Notes: generated by a model not told the origin, from the letters alone. A DNA stretch of 64,000 nucleotides from Octopus sinensis (GCF_006345805.1 NC_043001.1:32116001-32180000), one strand, 5' to 3'; positions 10,252 through 22,976 are shown, counted from the stretch's first letter. Translations and numbers: made by a program.

Positions 10252-10309
<58 letters not shown>

Positions 10310-10314
10310 CATGT

Positions 10315-10361
<47 letters not shown>

Positions 10362-10573
10362 ATACATTCATACATATATATATATATGCATGTATATATA
10401 TATATACATATATGTATACAAATACATATACAAGTATGTATATATGTACATACATATGTATATACATATATACCTACATATATACAAACATACATATATA
10501 TATACATATATACAAACATACATATATATATATATATATATACATACATGTATACATACACACACACACACAC

Positions 10574-10620
<47 letters not shown>

Positions 10621-10837
10621 AAGTATCAATATATAGTTTAGTGCCGATTACTTCAACACTAGGCAATCGTGATGTGGCCGTCATTCATTTGTGCAAGAAA
10701 ACATAGTATACTATTATAAGATTTATAATTCTTATACGATTACACATACGGATGTTTATATATACGTATATATATATATATAAACATATATATATATACG
10801 TATGTATATAGATATGTAGTTAGGTAGATTGTTATAT

Positions 10838-11012
10838 TCTTTTATTCTTTTATTTGTTTAAATCATTTGACTGCTGCCATGCTGGAGCACCACCTTTGGT
10901 CGAACAATTCGACCCCAGGACTTATTCTAAACACAGACATACATATATCAATATATATATACGACAGGCTTCTTTTAGTTTCCGTCTACGAAATCCAAAC
11001 ACAAGGCTTTGG
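10838..11012 (-). mobile_element. OK-type SINE, deleted copy (tail + head pieces)
   Basis: CATTTGACTGCTGCCATGCTGGAGCACC...GACCCCAGGACTTATTCT and ACGACAGGCTTCTTTTAGTTTCCGTCTAC. Confidence 0.8.
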
Positions 11013-11084
11013 TTGGCTCGAGTGACGTATGCATACCACCACCAATTTTCAATTGGTACTGTGGGAAAAACACATTGACAGACA

Positions 11085-11137
<53 letters not shown>

Positions 11138-11231
11138 TGTGTGTGTGTATATATATATACATATATATATGTATGTATATATATATATATATCAACATGT
11201 ATATAATCTCTCTCTCTCTCTCTCTCTCTCA

Positions 11232-11267
<36 letters not shown>

Positions 11268-11499
11268 CTACACACAGGCTTCTTCCAGACTACGTCTACC
11301 AAATCCAAATCCACTTACAAAGATTTGCTCAGCCTGAGGCTATAGGTAACGAATTAGATCTGTCCTTGGATATATTGCCTATGCTTGCAACTATACCATC
11401 GCTTTCAACATATAAAGTTTAGTTTTCAAGAGAGAACACACTCCTTTAAATCTAAATTAATTGTAAAATAATAAACATGAATCTTAATGAAATCAGCGT

Positions 11500-12045
11500 T
11501 TTAACATAATAATCTTCTTTTACAGGTGTTCCACGAATAAGATAAACTGAAAAAGTGCTGGTGCAGATTCCCGCCGTATTCACCTATCATGTATATATTC
11601 CAGCTTGCCCCTTATTTTCTTTTACTTTTCGTATCCCATTACTTGCAATTGATCTAAATGACTGTTTTCAACGAACGTTTATGCTCATTTTATGACCAAA
11701 ATTTATACAATTGAACATTCCGTCTACTAATCTAGAGTAGTTACCTACGTTAGAGTTGCCCAGAAATTTTTTGATATCCAGAATAAAAGGCCTTGTACTG
11801 GACTCTGTATTGTTAATTGAATTTATGAATGTGGATATTTTATAAACGTTCATCTATGGAGACCATCAAAAACTCTAGCTTTAATTTTTTATGTTCACTT
11901 CCAAGAATATTTTGCTTAAGTTACTAACACAGACACCTTCGCCAAGAGTTTTAAACTTTTACAGTGAAATAGACTGAATCTAGTAATTTGTAGGTTTTGA
12001 AAATTATGTAATAATCGAATCGAATAAATAATGTTATTTTTGTAT
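11500..12045 (-). pseudogene. Highly decayed Chapaev3-like (CMC) DNA transposase relic
   Basis: Across frameshifts, in order: IIF..LQI / EGVC / KIKARVFDG / FINSINNTESSTRPFILDIKKFLGNSNVGNYSRLVDGM / MSINV / NSHLDQL / WNIYMIGEY. This is collinear with Chapaev3 motifs IIFPPLHIK, EGECF, KIKAGIFDGPQIR, AWxxFxxVVKNFLGN, NYxxLVxxML, MSIKVHFLHSHLD, WxxxMMADY as I recall them. Confidence 0.6.
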
Positions 12046-12774
12046 CAAAAAGAATATAAATTAATTAGAGCTGATAAAATAAAACCAATGACATTTATGA
12101 AACTAAGTCTAATATATCTAAGAATAGTACTAGCCTCAAAGCAACATATGTCCCTAATTTCAACATAAGTATAATTTTGTAATAGTAATGATATTTGATT
12201 ACTATAATCGCATATCACATAAGACTTTCAAAGTGGAAATTAATTACACTTGTGAATATGGTACAGGTCTAATAAACGGATCCTGAGATCGAAATTCAAT
12301 GTTCCTATCAGTATATCGGATAATTCTATGGTTTGAAGTTTACTCAGGTGGGATGAATATACTGTTCAGATCTGAACAGAAATTTACATATTGTCTCAGG
12401 GAACGAAATCTAAGCGCTCACCCTCAACTAAACGTGGTGCAGGCAGAGCTAAGTAGGAACCTTTATGATACACCCTTGTCGGATTTTTGCCGATAAATGT
12501 TTAAGAATCATTAATAAACATAAAACAAAGCATCAGTTAATACATGCTTCAGGAAAACATTATCGCTCATATTCACCCTTAACACGAATGGGAAGAAATT
12601 AAGCCTTCAAGCCCACTAAAAATATGCCTTATAATCAATGAAAATATTAGTAAGCCAAAACAAAATGACTAAGCCTTCCTCTTCGCACCCATAAAATACT
12701 TCATCCTTTAACAACTAACAACCTTAGATGAGGCACGCAATGGTTTGCCATTTTCATGATTATTTATATAGCTT

Positions 12775-12925
12775 TATTTACGTTATTTACATTCGACGGA
12801 TATTTGTCCTCATCTTGTTTGTTGTTAACACAACGTTTCGGCTGATATACCCTCCAGCCCTCTTCATGAAATAATGTAAATAATGTAAATAATGTACATA
12901 ATTCCTCATCTCTTAAATATAGAAA
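12775..12925. mobile_element. Short PLE-like insertion, two outward-pointing tails, with a decayed hammerhead on the minus strand
   Basis: 12775-12868 is the reverse complement of 57240-57335 (core reads ATGAAGA instead of CTGAAGA). 12869-12925 is the same family's tail in plus orientation (AATGTAAATAAT…CCTCATCTCTTAAATATAGAA, also seen inverted at 54655-54695). Confidence 0.75.
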
Positions 12926-14100
12926 GTATATAGCTGCTATTATACACAAAGAAGTCCTAAAAAGATTGGCTACTCGACTTATTGCTATGGAGCTTTTCAC
13001 CATCTCACTATAACCTTTGGTTGAGAGCCGTGCTGTATCATCTGTCTTATTTTGCTACTAGATCTATTTCTTGTAACTGGTCACTCTAGAACCACCTCCA
13101 CTCAGACACTCACCATTCATTGTCCCTTCGCTTCTAATTATTCTAATCATCCAGATTGTGACTTTCCTCTTCGACCCTTAATGAACACTGTGTCCAGTGA
13201 TTCCTCTAAAGAGTGATGTCCCCCGAAATGCTTCGCTTCATATGTTTTTTTTTCCTGTGGCTGTCACCTTAACTCTTTACCTCTCCTGTGTATCATATGC
13301 GATACATAGGGCATATTTCTTTGACATAGATGCATTATATATGTCATATATTATATGATACACATTCCCAAGGTTTTTCAATCAACATAGTAAAACAGGG
13401 CTTAAAAAAGGACAACTTTATGTTACTCAGAATGTATGCAACATGGGCTAACTAAAATCTGAAAACAAGGATGGACCGGAGCTTTGGGACAAACTTATGA
13501 AAATACTTTGGACAGGTAAAAGGCTAGTAACAGAATATTAACCACATGAATTTTACCTGTATCCTAGGGCCTGGCGGGATTTACTTTAGATCAAACCAAT
13601 AAAAATTTGATAATAACATGCTCAAACTCAGGTCACAATTGTATCACGTCCCGGTTGTGTTCCGAGTTCAAATCCCGCCAGAACAACTTCAGCTTCCATC
13701 ATTTCGGTGCTAAAAAATAAAAGCATGCACCTGACAATCCTGATCAAGTAGCTTCTTACCCTATCTTATATGCTTTGTATCCCTATTATCAAAATATTGC
13801 GCTTACGCTTTATGTTAATTTGATTCTAGCCATTACGTTTGAGGAAATTTTTCGCAGTTTGCAGGTGTTAACATAGCAACATTTGTTTCATACTGGTGAT
13901 GGTAGTAGTTGTAGTAGTAGTAGTAGTACTGGTTGTGATCATAGTAGCGGTGGTGGTGGAGCGGGGAAACGCACGCACACACACACATGCATTTAAACAC
14001 ACAGATTCAGACATACAATTCACACACGCACACACGTGCGAATGTTAGCATGTATAAAGATACACCCATTATTGGATCTATTTTAAGCATGGATGGATGA

Positions 14101-14137
<37 letters not shown>

Positions 14138-14148
14138 CATACATATAC

Positions 14149-14276
<128 letters not shown>

Positions 14277-14527
14277 TATATAATATATATATCTTTATAT
14301 ATATATCTTTATCACACATGGATTTTAGTAGGTATACAATAGCTGCAAGTTACATATCCCTCTGTTTCTGCCCACATCAGCCCTCTCGCCCTCACTCTTT
14401 TTTTCCCTCACTCTCTTTTTCCCCATCTCATTCGACCCCATTATTGAATATACGGAATGCAAAATCTATGCCCAGTCTTGTCTATGACCAGGCTCTGTAT
14501 TTTTCGTGCTTGTATGTGTGGTTGTGA

Positions 14528-14569
<42 letters not shown>

Positions 14570-14806
14570 CTATATATATATGTATATATATATATGTATG
14601 TATATAAATATATATATATATATATAGACTTAATATAGAATGATTGTCGTCATTTCTTTCTCTTTTGCCTGCGTTGCTTGCCTTTTAAATGCTGTGGTTT
14701 TACTGAGATCTCTCTGTTAAGTAGAAAGAATAGCCATAACTCTTTGACTGCTATTTCTAAATTCAGTGTGTGTGAGGCAAATCGTTGCTAAACCCTTAAT
14801 TACTTA

Positions 14807-14866
<60 letters not shown>

Positions 14867-14983
14867 ACATATTTATACATGTGTGCATTCCTATGTATGT
14901 ATGTATGTATGTATGTATGTATGTATGTATCTATCTATCTATCTGTCGGTCTATCTATCTACACAGACACACAGACACTCGCA

Positions 14984-15024
<41 letters not shown>

Positions 15025-15839
15025 TACACGCACACACATACACGCACACACACTATACGCACACATATTTATATGCAATGGCAACCATACCAACATGATT
15101 ATACACATGCACATTCATTTACGCAGATGTAATTCTTTATTTCAATAGACTCTTACACCTGTGATTTTCTTTTCTCTTTGTGCATAAATGTGTGTGTGTG
15201 TGTGTGTGTGTGTGTGTTCGGCTGTAAGTATACATATGTATATATACGTATGTGTATACGCGATTGTATATCTACTAGTGTCTTAGATACACCCATTATG
15301 AAATTTGATGAGCTCGGCTTCCACTGGGCGGTGATAACGAGAAATGGTTCTACCAATGAGAAACCGTTAGTTTCCTGGTTCGCAACATCAACAAATTCTA
15401 TGTGTCGGAGGTGAAGAACATACGCCAGTTACTGCACAGGTTAGCTTATTAATATTTATATAAACGCTATGACGTCAACGTGACGAAATTCTTAGCCTGT
15501 TTTGTTCGAAGACGATAGAAGACTAAAATCGAACACTTTCACCCTATTCCTTTAACAGACACCACCCCGCTAAATAATGCTTCTGTATTTTACATTAGTC
15601 CTCTTTTTGTTTGTTAAGCCGAATAATTATATGGTTGTTTATAGGAATTGGTTTATAGGAATTGGTATTTGGCCTAAACAAGACAATACCTATTGCGATT
15701 TTTGAGTAGAATAATTGATTTTGTTTTATGTGTATGTGTTTCTTCGAGTGTGTCTGTCTGTGTATGTGTGTGAGTGAGTATTTATTTACAAGTGTATGTG
15801 AGTATATGCATGTGTCTGTGAGTGAGTTTGTATATGTTG

Positions 15840-15878
<39 letters not shown>

Positions 15879-16598
15879 TATGGGATCATGTTAACTCGGT
15901 ATGATTTTATAACCTTAAGTTGTCGGGTTCAGTATACAGTCCTATCTTCGTAACTTAATTACGTGCTGGCTTTAGACATATTTGACGTAGTCACAACACG
16001 AATATAGGTGTACAATAATTGATGCATACGTGTATACACATATGAATGTGTGTGAGTGTGTCTGCGCATGTGTGCAAGCATGTATATCAGAGTAATGGAT
16101 TTATTGATTTCTGTATGTGTATATATTTATGTGTCGGTGCCTGTAGATCTGCATACTGCTGTATTAGGCAGTGTATACGTGGCTGGCTTTAAATAAAGTG
16201 TTACACGTGAAAAACGTCTGTACCGGTGACTATGCTTCATATTAAGGATATATTCGATATATTTGAATAAGAAAACATCATTCCTTTAATACACACACAC
16301 ACACACTCTTTCTGTCTCTCCGTCTCTGTCCCTCTCTCACACATACATACATACATATATGTGGATGGGTCGTTACGTAGTTACTCTGTCAGTGTGTGAC
16401 TGTATGAACTCTTAAACATATCAGTCTATTTACTGCGTATATAAAACAGCTGCATAAACCTAGTCATGTTAAGATGCATAAGAACGGACACACACACACT
16501 CACTCTCATACTCTCTCTCTCACAGACACACATACGTTCGCACATATGATGCATATATAAAATTGCTTGTTGGGGGGGAACCGGATTTTTCACTCATA

Positions 16599-16722
16599 CC
16601 TAAAGGTTTCGTGCGGTTTTACATCAGTCAGTCAGCCAGTCGCACTTGTCGGTGAATCTGAAATTGTCTAACTTTCCGACACACACATAGCTGACATTTG
16701 TCAACTGCACGAAACCTTTAGG
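16599..16722. repeat. 124-bp element bounded by 20-bp inverted repeats (19/20 match)
   Basis: CCTAAAGGTTTCGTGCGGTT ... AACTGCACGAAACCTTTAGG; internal GTCGG/CCGAC stem. Confidence 0.7.
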
Positions 16723-16903
16723 CACAGGGAAAGAAAAAATCTTGTTTTGCTAAATCAGAGTGATAACAAACTCTATATATTTCTCACTATCTCTCTCTGT
16801 CTCTCTGTCTTTTTTGTCTCTGCCTTTGTCTCTGTCTGTCTCTGTCTGTCTCTCTCTCTCTCTTCCCTCTATCTATCTATCTATCTATCTCTATCTATCT
16901 ATG

Positions 16904-16958
<55 letters not shown>

Positions 16959-17496
16959 ACATACATACATACATACATACATACATACATACATACATAC
17001 ATACATACACAGATACATAGACACATTCATACATACATATATACGTACGTACATACATTCATACATATATACACACATACATACATACATTTATACATAC
17101 ATATATACGTACGTACATACATACATATATACATACAAATATGTATATACGTACTTAAATACAAAGATATGCGATAAATAAAATATTGTTGTTCGTTCGT
17201 ACATAATCCCTGTATCCGCGAACACTATTTGCTAATATCTCACAGGATGATATGGTAGATCAAACTTGCAATTATTAGCATGGATTCATATAATCCCGAA
17301 AAAATATGTGCGTCTATTGTTTACAGAAGATTGCTGGCTTCTTTATTTCAAACGGGTTTCCACAAGCAACAAGTGTTTCCATAAAGCCTAAGTCTGATAT
17401 AACTCAGGTACACAGCTTTATTTTAGCACCATATTTTTATGACACCGGCTCCCTTTGAATAATGAAGCTTTGAAAACACACACACACACACACAGA

Positions 17497-17553
<57 letters not shown>

Positions 17554-17752
17554 ATGCACGCACACATGAAACAAGTACACGTTACGTTAAAATACATTAT
17601 TGTAATAAATGATATTGTTTAATGCATTTCACACATCCACAATTTCAACTTATCTTTGTTGAGTCATTTATTTGGTAAAGAAAAACCCTTAAACTCATTA
17701 AAAATTTTGAATACTTACAAACACACACACACACACACTCACTCACACACAA

Positions 17753-17785
<33 letters not shown>

Positions 17786-18049
17786 CATACATAGATATAT
17801 AAGAAAAATAGATGACAAGGGAATAAATAATTATTCTTATGAACTGCATTGGCTTACAGCCGTTTCCGCTATAAAATGCAGGGGATTCATAGTTGAGTGC
17901 CAGAATAACACCTTATGGTTTCAGCAGAGCCCCGAGACATGAAGTGCCAAAAATACACACACACACGCAGAAACACAAACACAAACACACACGCATACAC
18001 ACGCACACAAACACATACACATATGTGTGTGGGCATAAATGTGCTTATA

Positions 18050-18213
18050 TGTACCAACCACATGGTTCCGGGTTCAGTCCCACTGCATGGCACCTTGGGT
18101 AAGCATCTTCTACTATAGCCTCAGGCCGATCAAAGCCTCGTGAGTGGATTTGGCAGACGGAAAGTGAAAGAAGCCCGTCGTATATATGCATATGTGTGCG
18201 TATGTGTATGTGT

Positions 18214-18262
<49 letters not shown>

Positions 18263-18463
18263 TGTGTCTGTGTTTGTCCACCAACATCGCTTGACAACCG
18301 ATGCTGGTGTGTTTACGTCCCCGTAACTTAGCGGTTCGGCAATAAAGAGACCGATAGAATAAGTACTAACGCTTACAAAGATTAAGTACTGGGGTCGATT
18401 TGTTCGACTAAAAGGCGGTGCTCCAGCATGGCCGCAGCCAAATGAGCGAAACAAGTAAAATAG
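18050..18463 (+). mobile_element. OK-type SINE, near full length with internal (TG)n
   Basis: GGTTCCGGGTTCAGTCCCAC B-box region, internal (TG)n, tail GGCGGTGCTCCAGCATGGCCGCAG…GAAACAAGTAAAA. Confidence 0.9.
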
Positions 18464-18628
18464 TAGAGTACGTATACACCTGTGTACACTGGAGTAATTA
18501 GTTTTATTCATCAACATAATATTAAGTAATGTTTTCCATTGAATCTGTTTTCTCATCCGTCCATATGTTTGTCTAATACAGTAAAACGAACAATTTATTA
18601 ACACCGACAATTTTCTTTTTCCTTTTAG

Positions 18629-18727
18629 AACAAAGAAATCGATACACGTACTCCGCAAAGTCCAACAACAGGTTCGCCCTCTGGAAATAACACAAACAAA
18701 AGCAAAATGTTTGTACATAAACAATAG
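18629..18727 (+). other. Candidate host exon (unidentified)
   Basis: Branch-like TATTAAC, pyrimidine tract TTTTCTTTTTCCTTTTAG, then two open frames (NKEIDTRTPQSPTTGSPSGNNTNKSKMFVHKQ* or TKKSIHVLRKVQQQ…); donor uncertain. Confidence 0.3.
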
Positions 18728-18925
18728 AACCGATATGTATAAACACTAATTGGTCGCTACTCGCTAACGAAATCTGTCGGGTAGACGATTGCTATCAGTG
18801 GAAGTCTGTGAATGCACGATGGATGCTGTTATTTGTAAACACCTAAAGATGAAAGAAATAAAGATGTGTATATGCTTACGAAATGCGTCTGTACATATGT
18901 ATGTGTGTCTGTGTGTACACACACA

Positions 18926-18982
<57 letters not shown>

Positions 18983-18984
18983 AT

Positions 18985-19015
<31 letters not shown>

Positions 19016-19088
19016 CTGTGTGTGTGTGTGTATGTATCTGTGTGTGTGTGTGTGTGCATATGTATGCAGTTTAGGTTTTTTTAATAAT

Positions 19089-19218
19089 CTTTTCTACTAA
19101 AGGGACATGACCTGAAATTTGTGGGGAGTTGACTAATCGATTACATCAATCCCAGTGTTCCACTGGTACTTAATTAATTGACACCGGAAGGATAAAAGGC
19201 AAAGTCCACCTCGGCGAA
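19089..19218 (-). mobile_element. OR-type SINE body/tail fragment
   Basis: CTTTTCTACTAAAGG…GATTACATCAATCCCAGTG…CTGGTACTTAATT…GAAGGATAAAAGGCAAAGTCCACCTCGGCG matches 46165-46396. Confidence 0.8.
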
Positions 19219-19355
19219 ACAAAGTACTTAACTCAAACACGTTACATACATAATATCATAACGTGACTGCGTAATCGAGCGTACTTACAAACAGATACCC
19301 GTATATACACATGCATATACACACACGCACGCACGCGCAATTAGATGTGCGTGTG

Positions 19356-19409
<54 letters not shown>

Positions 19410-19822
19410 TGAGTGAGTGGATGCTACAGAAACAATTGCTGAAAATTCCATTTTCTTTGTCTCCGCTGTACATCTCACACACAGACACAAACTCGCACAA
19501 TATACACACACACATACACACACACTCACTACATACCCTCACACACACTTTCCCGTTCGAATCGAAACATATACAGAAGTGTATGCCTGTGTGTGTGCGT
19601 GTGTGTGTGTGTGTGTATGTGTGTGTGCTCGTGCTTGTGTGTATGTGCATGTGTGTGTCTGTGTGTGTGTTTGTTTGTTTGTGTGTGTGTGTGTGTGTGC
19701 AAGAAGATTACAACTTATAAATAAGCTTCCATTTGCAATTATCAAACTTGGCACTAATGAAGATATTTTGAAAACATAGACAAATACAGCTCAATAGTTT
19801 CACTCATAAGTATACTCGTTCC

Positions 19823-19862
<40 letters not shown>

Positions 19863-19926
19863 CACACAAATATACGAAAATATATTGTGTATATGTGTGT
19901 GTGTCGTGTGTGCGCGTGCATGTGTA

Positions 19927-19983
<57 letters not shown>

Positions 19984-19984
19984 A

Positions 19985-20165
19985 GGGAGAGTTTACGAAA
20001 AAAACAAAAGCCAAAGGCAGGTGGTGTACAAAACAAACAGATGTATTATTATAACGCTCAGGAATAGAAAATGTCTTTTACGTTTCGAGCCTACGCTCTT
20101 CTACAGAAAGGGACACAGAAAAAAGGAGAGAAACAAGGAGAGAAAAAAATGTCTGTAGTGGCTAT
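19985..20165 (-). mobile_element. Short PLE-like element with CUGUAGA hammerhead-like motif
   Basis: Minus strand CTTT-CTGTAGA-A-GAGC-GTAG-GCTC-GAAA-CG-TA^AAAG (20075-20110); same family at 48762-48950, 36031-36190, 34010-34160. Confidence 0.7.
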
Positions 20166-20367
20166 ATATATATATATATATGCAGATACACTTACACACA
20201 TGCGCACACGCATATAAATATATATATATATCAATCCTGAATCATGCCATAACACTTAAATACACCTGCATTAATCAAATGATGGCAGGAAGACAATAAA
20301 TCATTAGAAAATTAAAATGTTGATGATGATGATGATGATGAGGATGATGATGATAATAAAAATAATG

Positions 20368-20437
<70 letters not shown>

Positions 20438-20464
20438 TAATAATAATAATAATAATAATAATGA

Positions 20465-20633
20465 TCCTTTCTACTATAGGCACAAGGCCTGAAATTCTAG
20501 GGGAGAGCATTAGACGATTACATCAACCCCTAAAATTTAGTAATCAACCCCGAAAAGGACAAAGTCGCCCCCGGCGAAAAATTGAACTCAGAACGTAAAG
20601 ACGTAAACAACGACGACGACGACAACGACAACG

Positions 20634-20680
<47 letters not shown>

Positions 20681-20856
20681 AATGATAATAATGATGATAA
20701 TAATAATCCTTTCTACAATAGGAGGATGGTCGTTCATTTCGGCCCCAGTGCTGGACTGATACTTAATTTAGATGGATGAAAACCAAAGTCGAATTCGGCG
20801 GAATTTGAACTCAGAACGCCAAGGCGGACGAAATGCCCCTAAGCATTTCGCACGGC
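20465..20856 (-). mobile_element. Two OR-type SINE fragments (20465-20602, 20707-20856) separated by (AAC)n(AAT)n
   Basis: Both contain (G)GCG(G/A)AA(T/A)TTGAACTCAGAACG (reverse B box) and the CCTTTCTAC tail junction. Confidence 0.8.
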
Positions 20857-20859
20857 GAA

Positions 20860-20885
20860 TAATGATAATAATAACAATAATAATG

Positions 20886-20937
<52 letters not shown>

Positions 20938-21095
20938 TGATAATAATAATAATGATAATAATAATGATTGCGATGATGATGAGGATAATAGTAATGATGA
21001 CGATGAAGATGATGATGTTGATAACAACAACAACAATAATGATAATAATAATAATAAATAATAATAATAATAATGCTAATAATAATAATAATAAC

Positions 21096-21126
<31 letters not shown>

Positions 21127-21129
21127 CTA

Positions 21130-21177
<48 letters not shown>

Positions 21178-21184
21178 TAATAAC

Positions 21185-21231
<47 letters not shown>

Positions 21232-21256
21232 TAATAATAATAATGATAATAATAAC
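20860..21256. repeat. Long compound (AAT/GAT/AAC)n trinucleotide array
   Basis: Direct reading, ~400 bp. Confidence 0.95.
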
Positions 21257-21651
21257 CGACTCGGATTAATCTGAATGATCGAGACAATAAGTTTCACGTT
21301 CTATAGATATCAATGATAGCGTTGTTTTGGTTGTTTTCATTAGCAAGAAATGTTGGTCAGACGAGAGAAAATTGGAACATAAATGCATATCCACGATATT
21401 AATATATTATCACAATATAAATAAATAATAACTGAATGAATAGTAAACGAATAAAGATATAACCATTCCCGTCAAAAAAGAAGTTAAATTAATCGAAGGA
21501 AAATCAAAATATTTATCCCGCCGCAAACGCACTGTGGTTAGTTTAGTAGCCGTCTGTGTGTCTGTCTGAAACGATTACCGTATTAATGACTTACTTAACT
21601 GTTGTGTCCTTAGCTGTTGTGTCTGCCCACATACATACATACATACATACA

Positions 21652-21683
<32 letters not shown>

Positions 21684-21719
21684 AACATACATACATAGAT
21701 ACATAGATACATACATATA

Positions 21720-22067
21720 CAGGATGCGGTGAATATATTGTCGTGTAAATTACGCAAAAATGAAAATAACACATATATTTAACACATATTTACCAATATA
21801 TTTTTTAACACATATATTTAACACATATTTACCAATATATTTTTTAACACATATATTTAACACATATATTTGCCAAAATTATTTGAAAATATCTTGAAAT
21901 ATTAAAGGGTAAATTTATTCAATAAAATCGCCATTGGCTTCAACCACGGCCTCCAAACGACTTCGGAATCTCCTGCAAATCTTCTAGACGGTCTACTTAT
22001 TTAAGTTGGTGAATGTTGCCATAATCTTTGCCGTCGGTTTGTCTTTGGTATTACAAGGTGTTTTGTA
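21720..22067 (-). mobile_element. Partial duplicate of the right end of the adjacent maT element
   Basis: CAGGATGCGGTGAATATATTGTCG…CTTCGGAATCTCCTGCAAATC…TTTGGTATTACAAGG parallels 22114-22380. Confidence 0.85.
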
Positions 22068-22113
22068 TATACACACATACATACATACATACATATATAC
22101 ATACATACATATA

Positions 22114-22976
22114 CAGGGTGCGGTGAATATATTGTCGTCTAAATTACGCAAAAATGAAAATAAGACTGACGTCTCATTTTAACACATATATGTACCAAAA
22201 TTATATGACAATATCTTGAAATACTAATGGGTGAATTTATTAAATAAAATTGCCATTGGCTTCAACCATGGCCTCCAGACAACTTCGGAATCTCCTGCAA
22301 ATCTTCTGGACGGTCTCCTTGTTTAAGTTGATGAATGCTGCCATTATCTTTGCCTTCGGTTCGTCTTTGGTATTACAAGGAATTTTGTTCGTCTCTCGCA
22401 CATTATAATCAAGGGGTTGCAGTGTGGGGAGTTAGGTGGCCAGATGCTAGGGGTGATGTGGTCGTAGAAATTGTCTGACAGTCATGACTGGGTTCTCCTG
22501 TTTGTGTGACATGATGCTGATCCCCGTTGTCAGACATTGGATCTTTCAGCAGCCACCCTCTTGACTCACGGAAGTACTACCTCCTCTTGGCGCTTGATGT
22601 AGGCCTCTGTGTTGAGAGTGAGGCCGTGTGGCAAGATGAATGGAGGCATAACGTAGCCATCATTAATGATCACTCCAAACGCCATGATGTTGACTGGTCA
22701 TTTGATTTTTGTCACTCTCGGTACATGTTTTTGGGACACGGCAAGCCAACAGTTCACCAGCTGTTCGTATTGGAGGTTCTGGCGCGAATGTCACGCAGTA
22801 CAGCATGTGGTTTCCAAAATTCTGGCAGAATGACTTGCGCCATGCTGCTGCTTTCTTTTCACAGACGGTGCCCAACTGACCCTACTATACTGTGTAGTCG
22901 ACCAAATCGAAAACAAACATATACATGCACGAAATTAAAAAATATAAAATGGCGACAAGTTACTCATTGCACCCTG
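22114..22976 (-). mobile_element. Tc1/mariner, DD37D (maT-like), internally deleted and pseudogenised
   Basis: TA-flanked imperfect TIRs CAGGGTGC…/…GCACCCTG. Peptide …PVNIMAFGVI…YVMPPFI…V*QRGSASCHTNRRTQS*LSDNFYDHITPSIWPPNSPHCNP(L)D; 37 residues between the mutated second Asp position and the last Asp. Confidence 0.85.

Larger units (their letters stand above)
10044..10253. mobile_element. PLE-like unit 2 containing a perfect 67-bp-arm palindrome
   Basis: 10114-10180 is the exact reverse complement of 10187-10253, loop CCTGAA. Confidence 0.8.

Noticed and set aside
13185-13240. Possible hammerhead remnant (…AAAGAGTGATGTCCCCCGAAATGC)
   Set aside because: Core and stems too degraded to support
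18113-18724. 203-aa minus-strand ORF
   Set aside because: Runs through an OK-SINE antisense and a (CA)n tract; no protein motif
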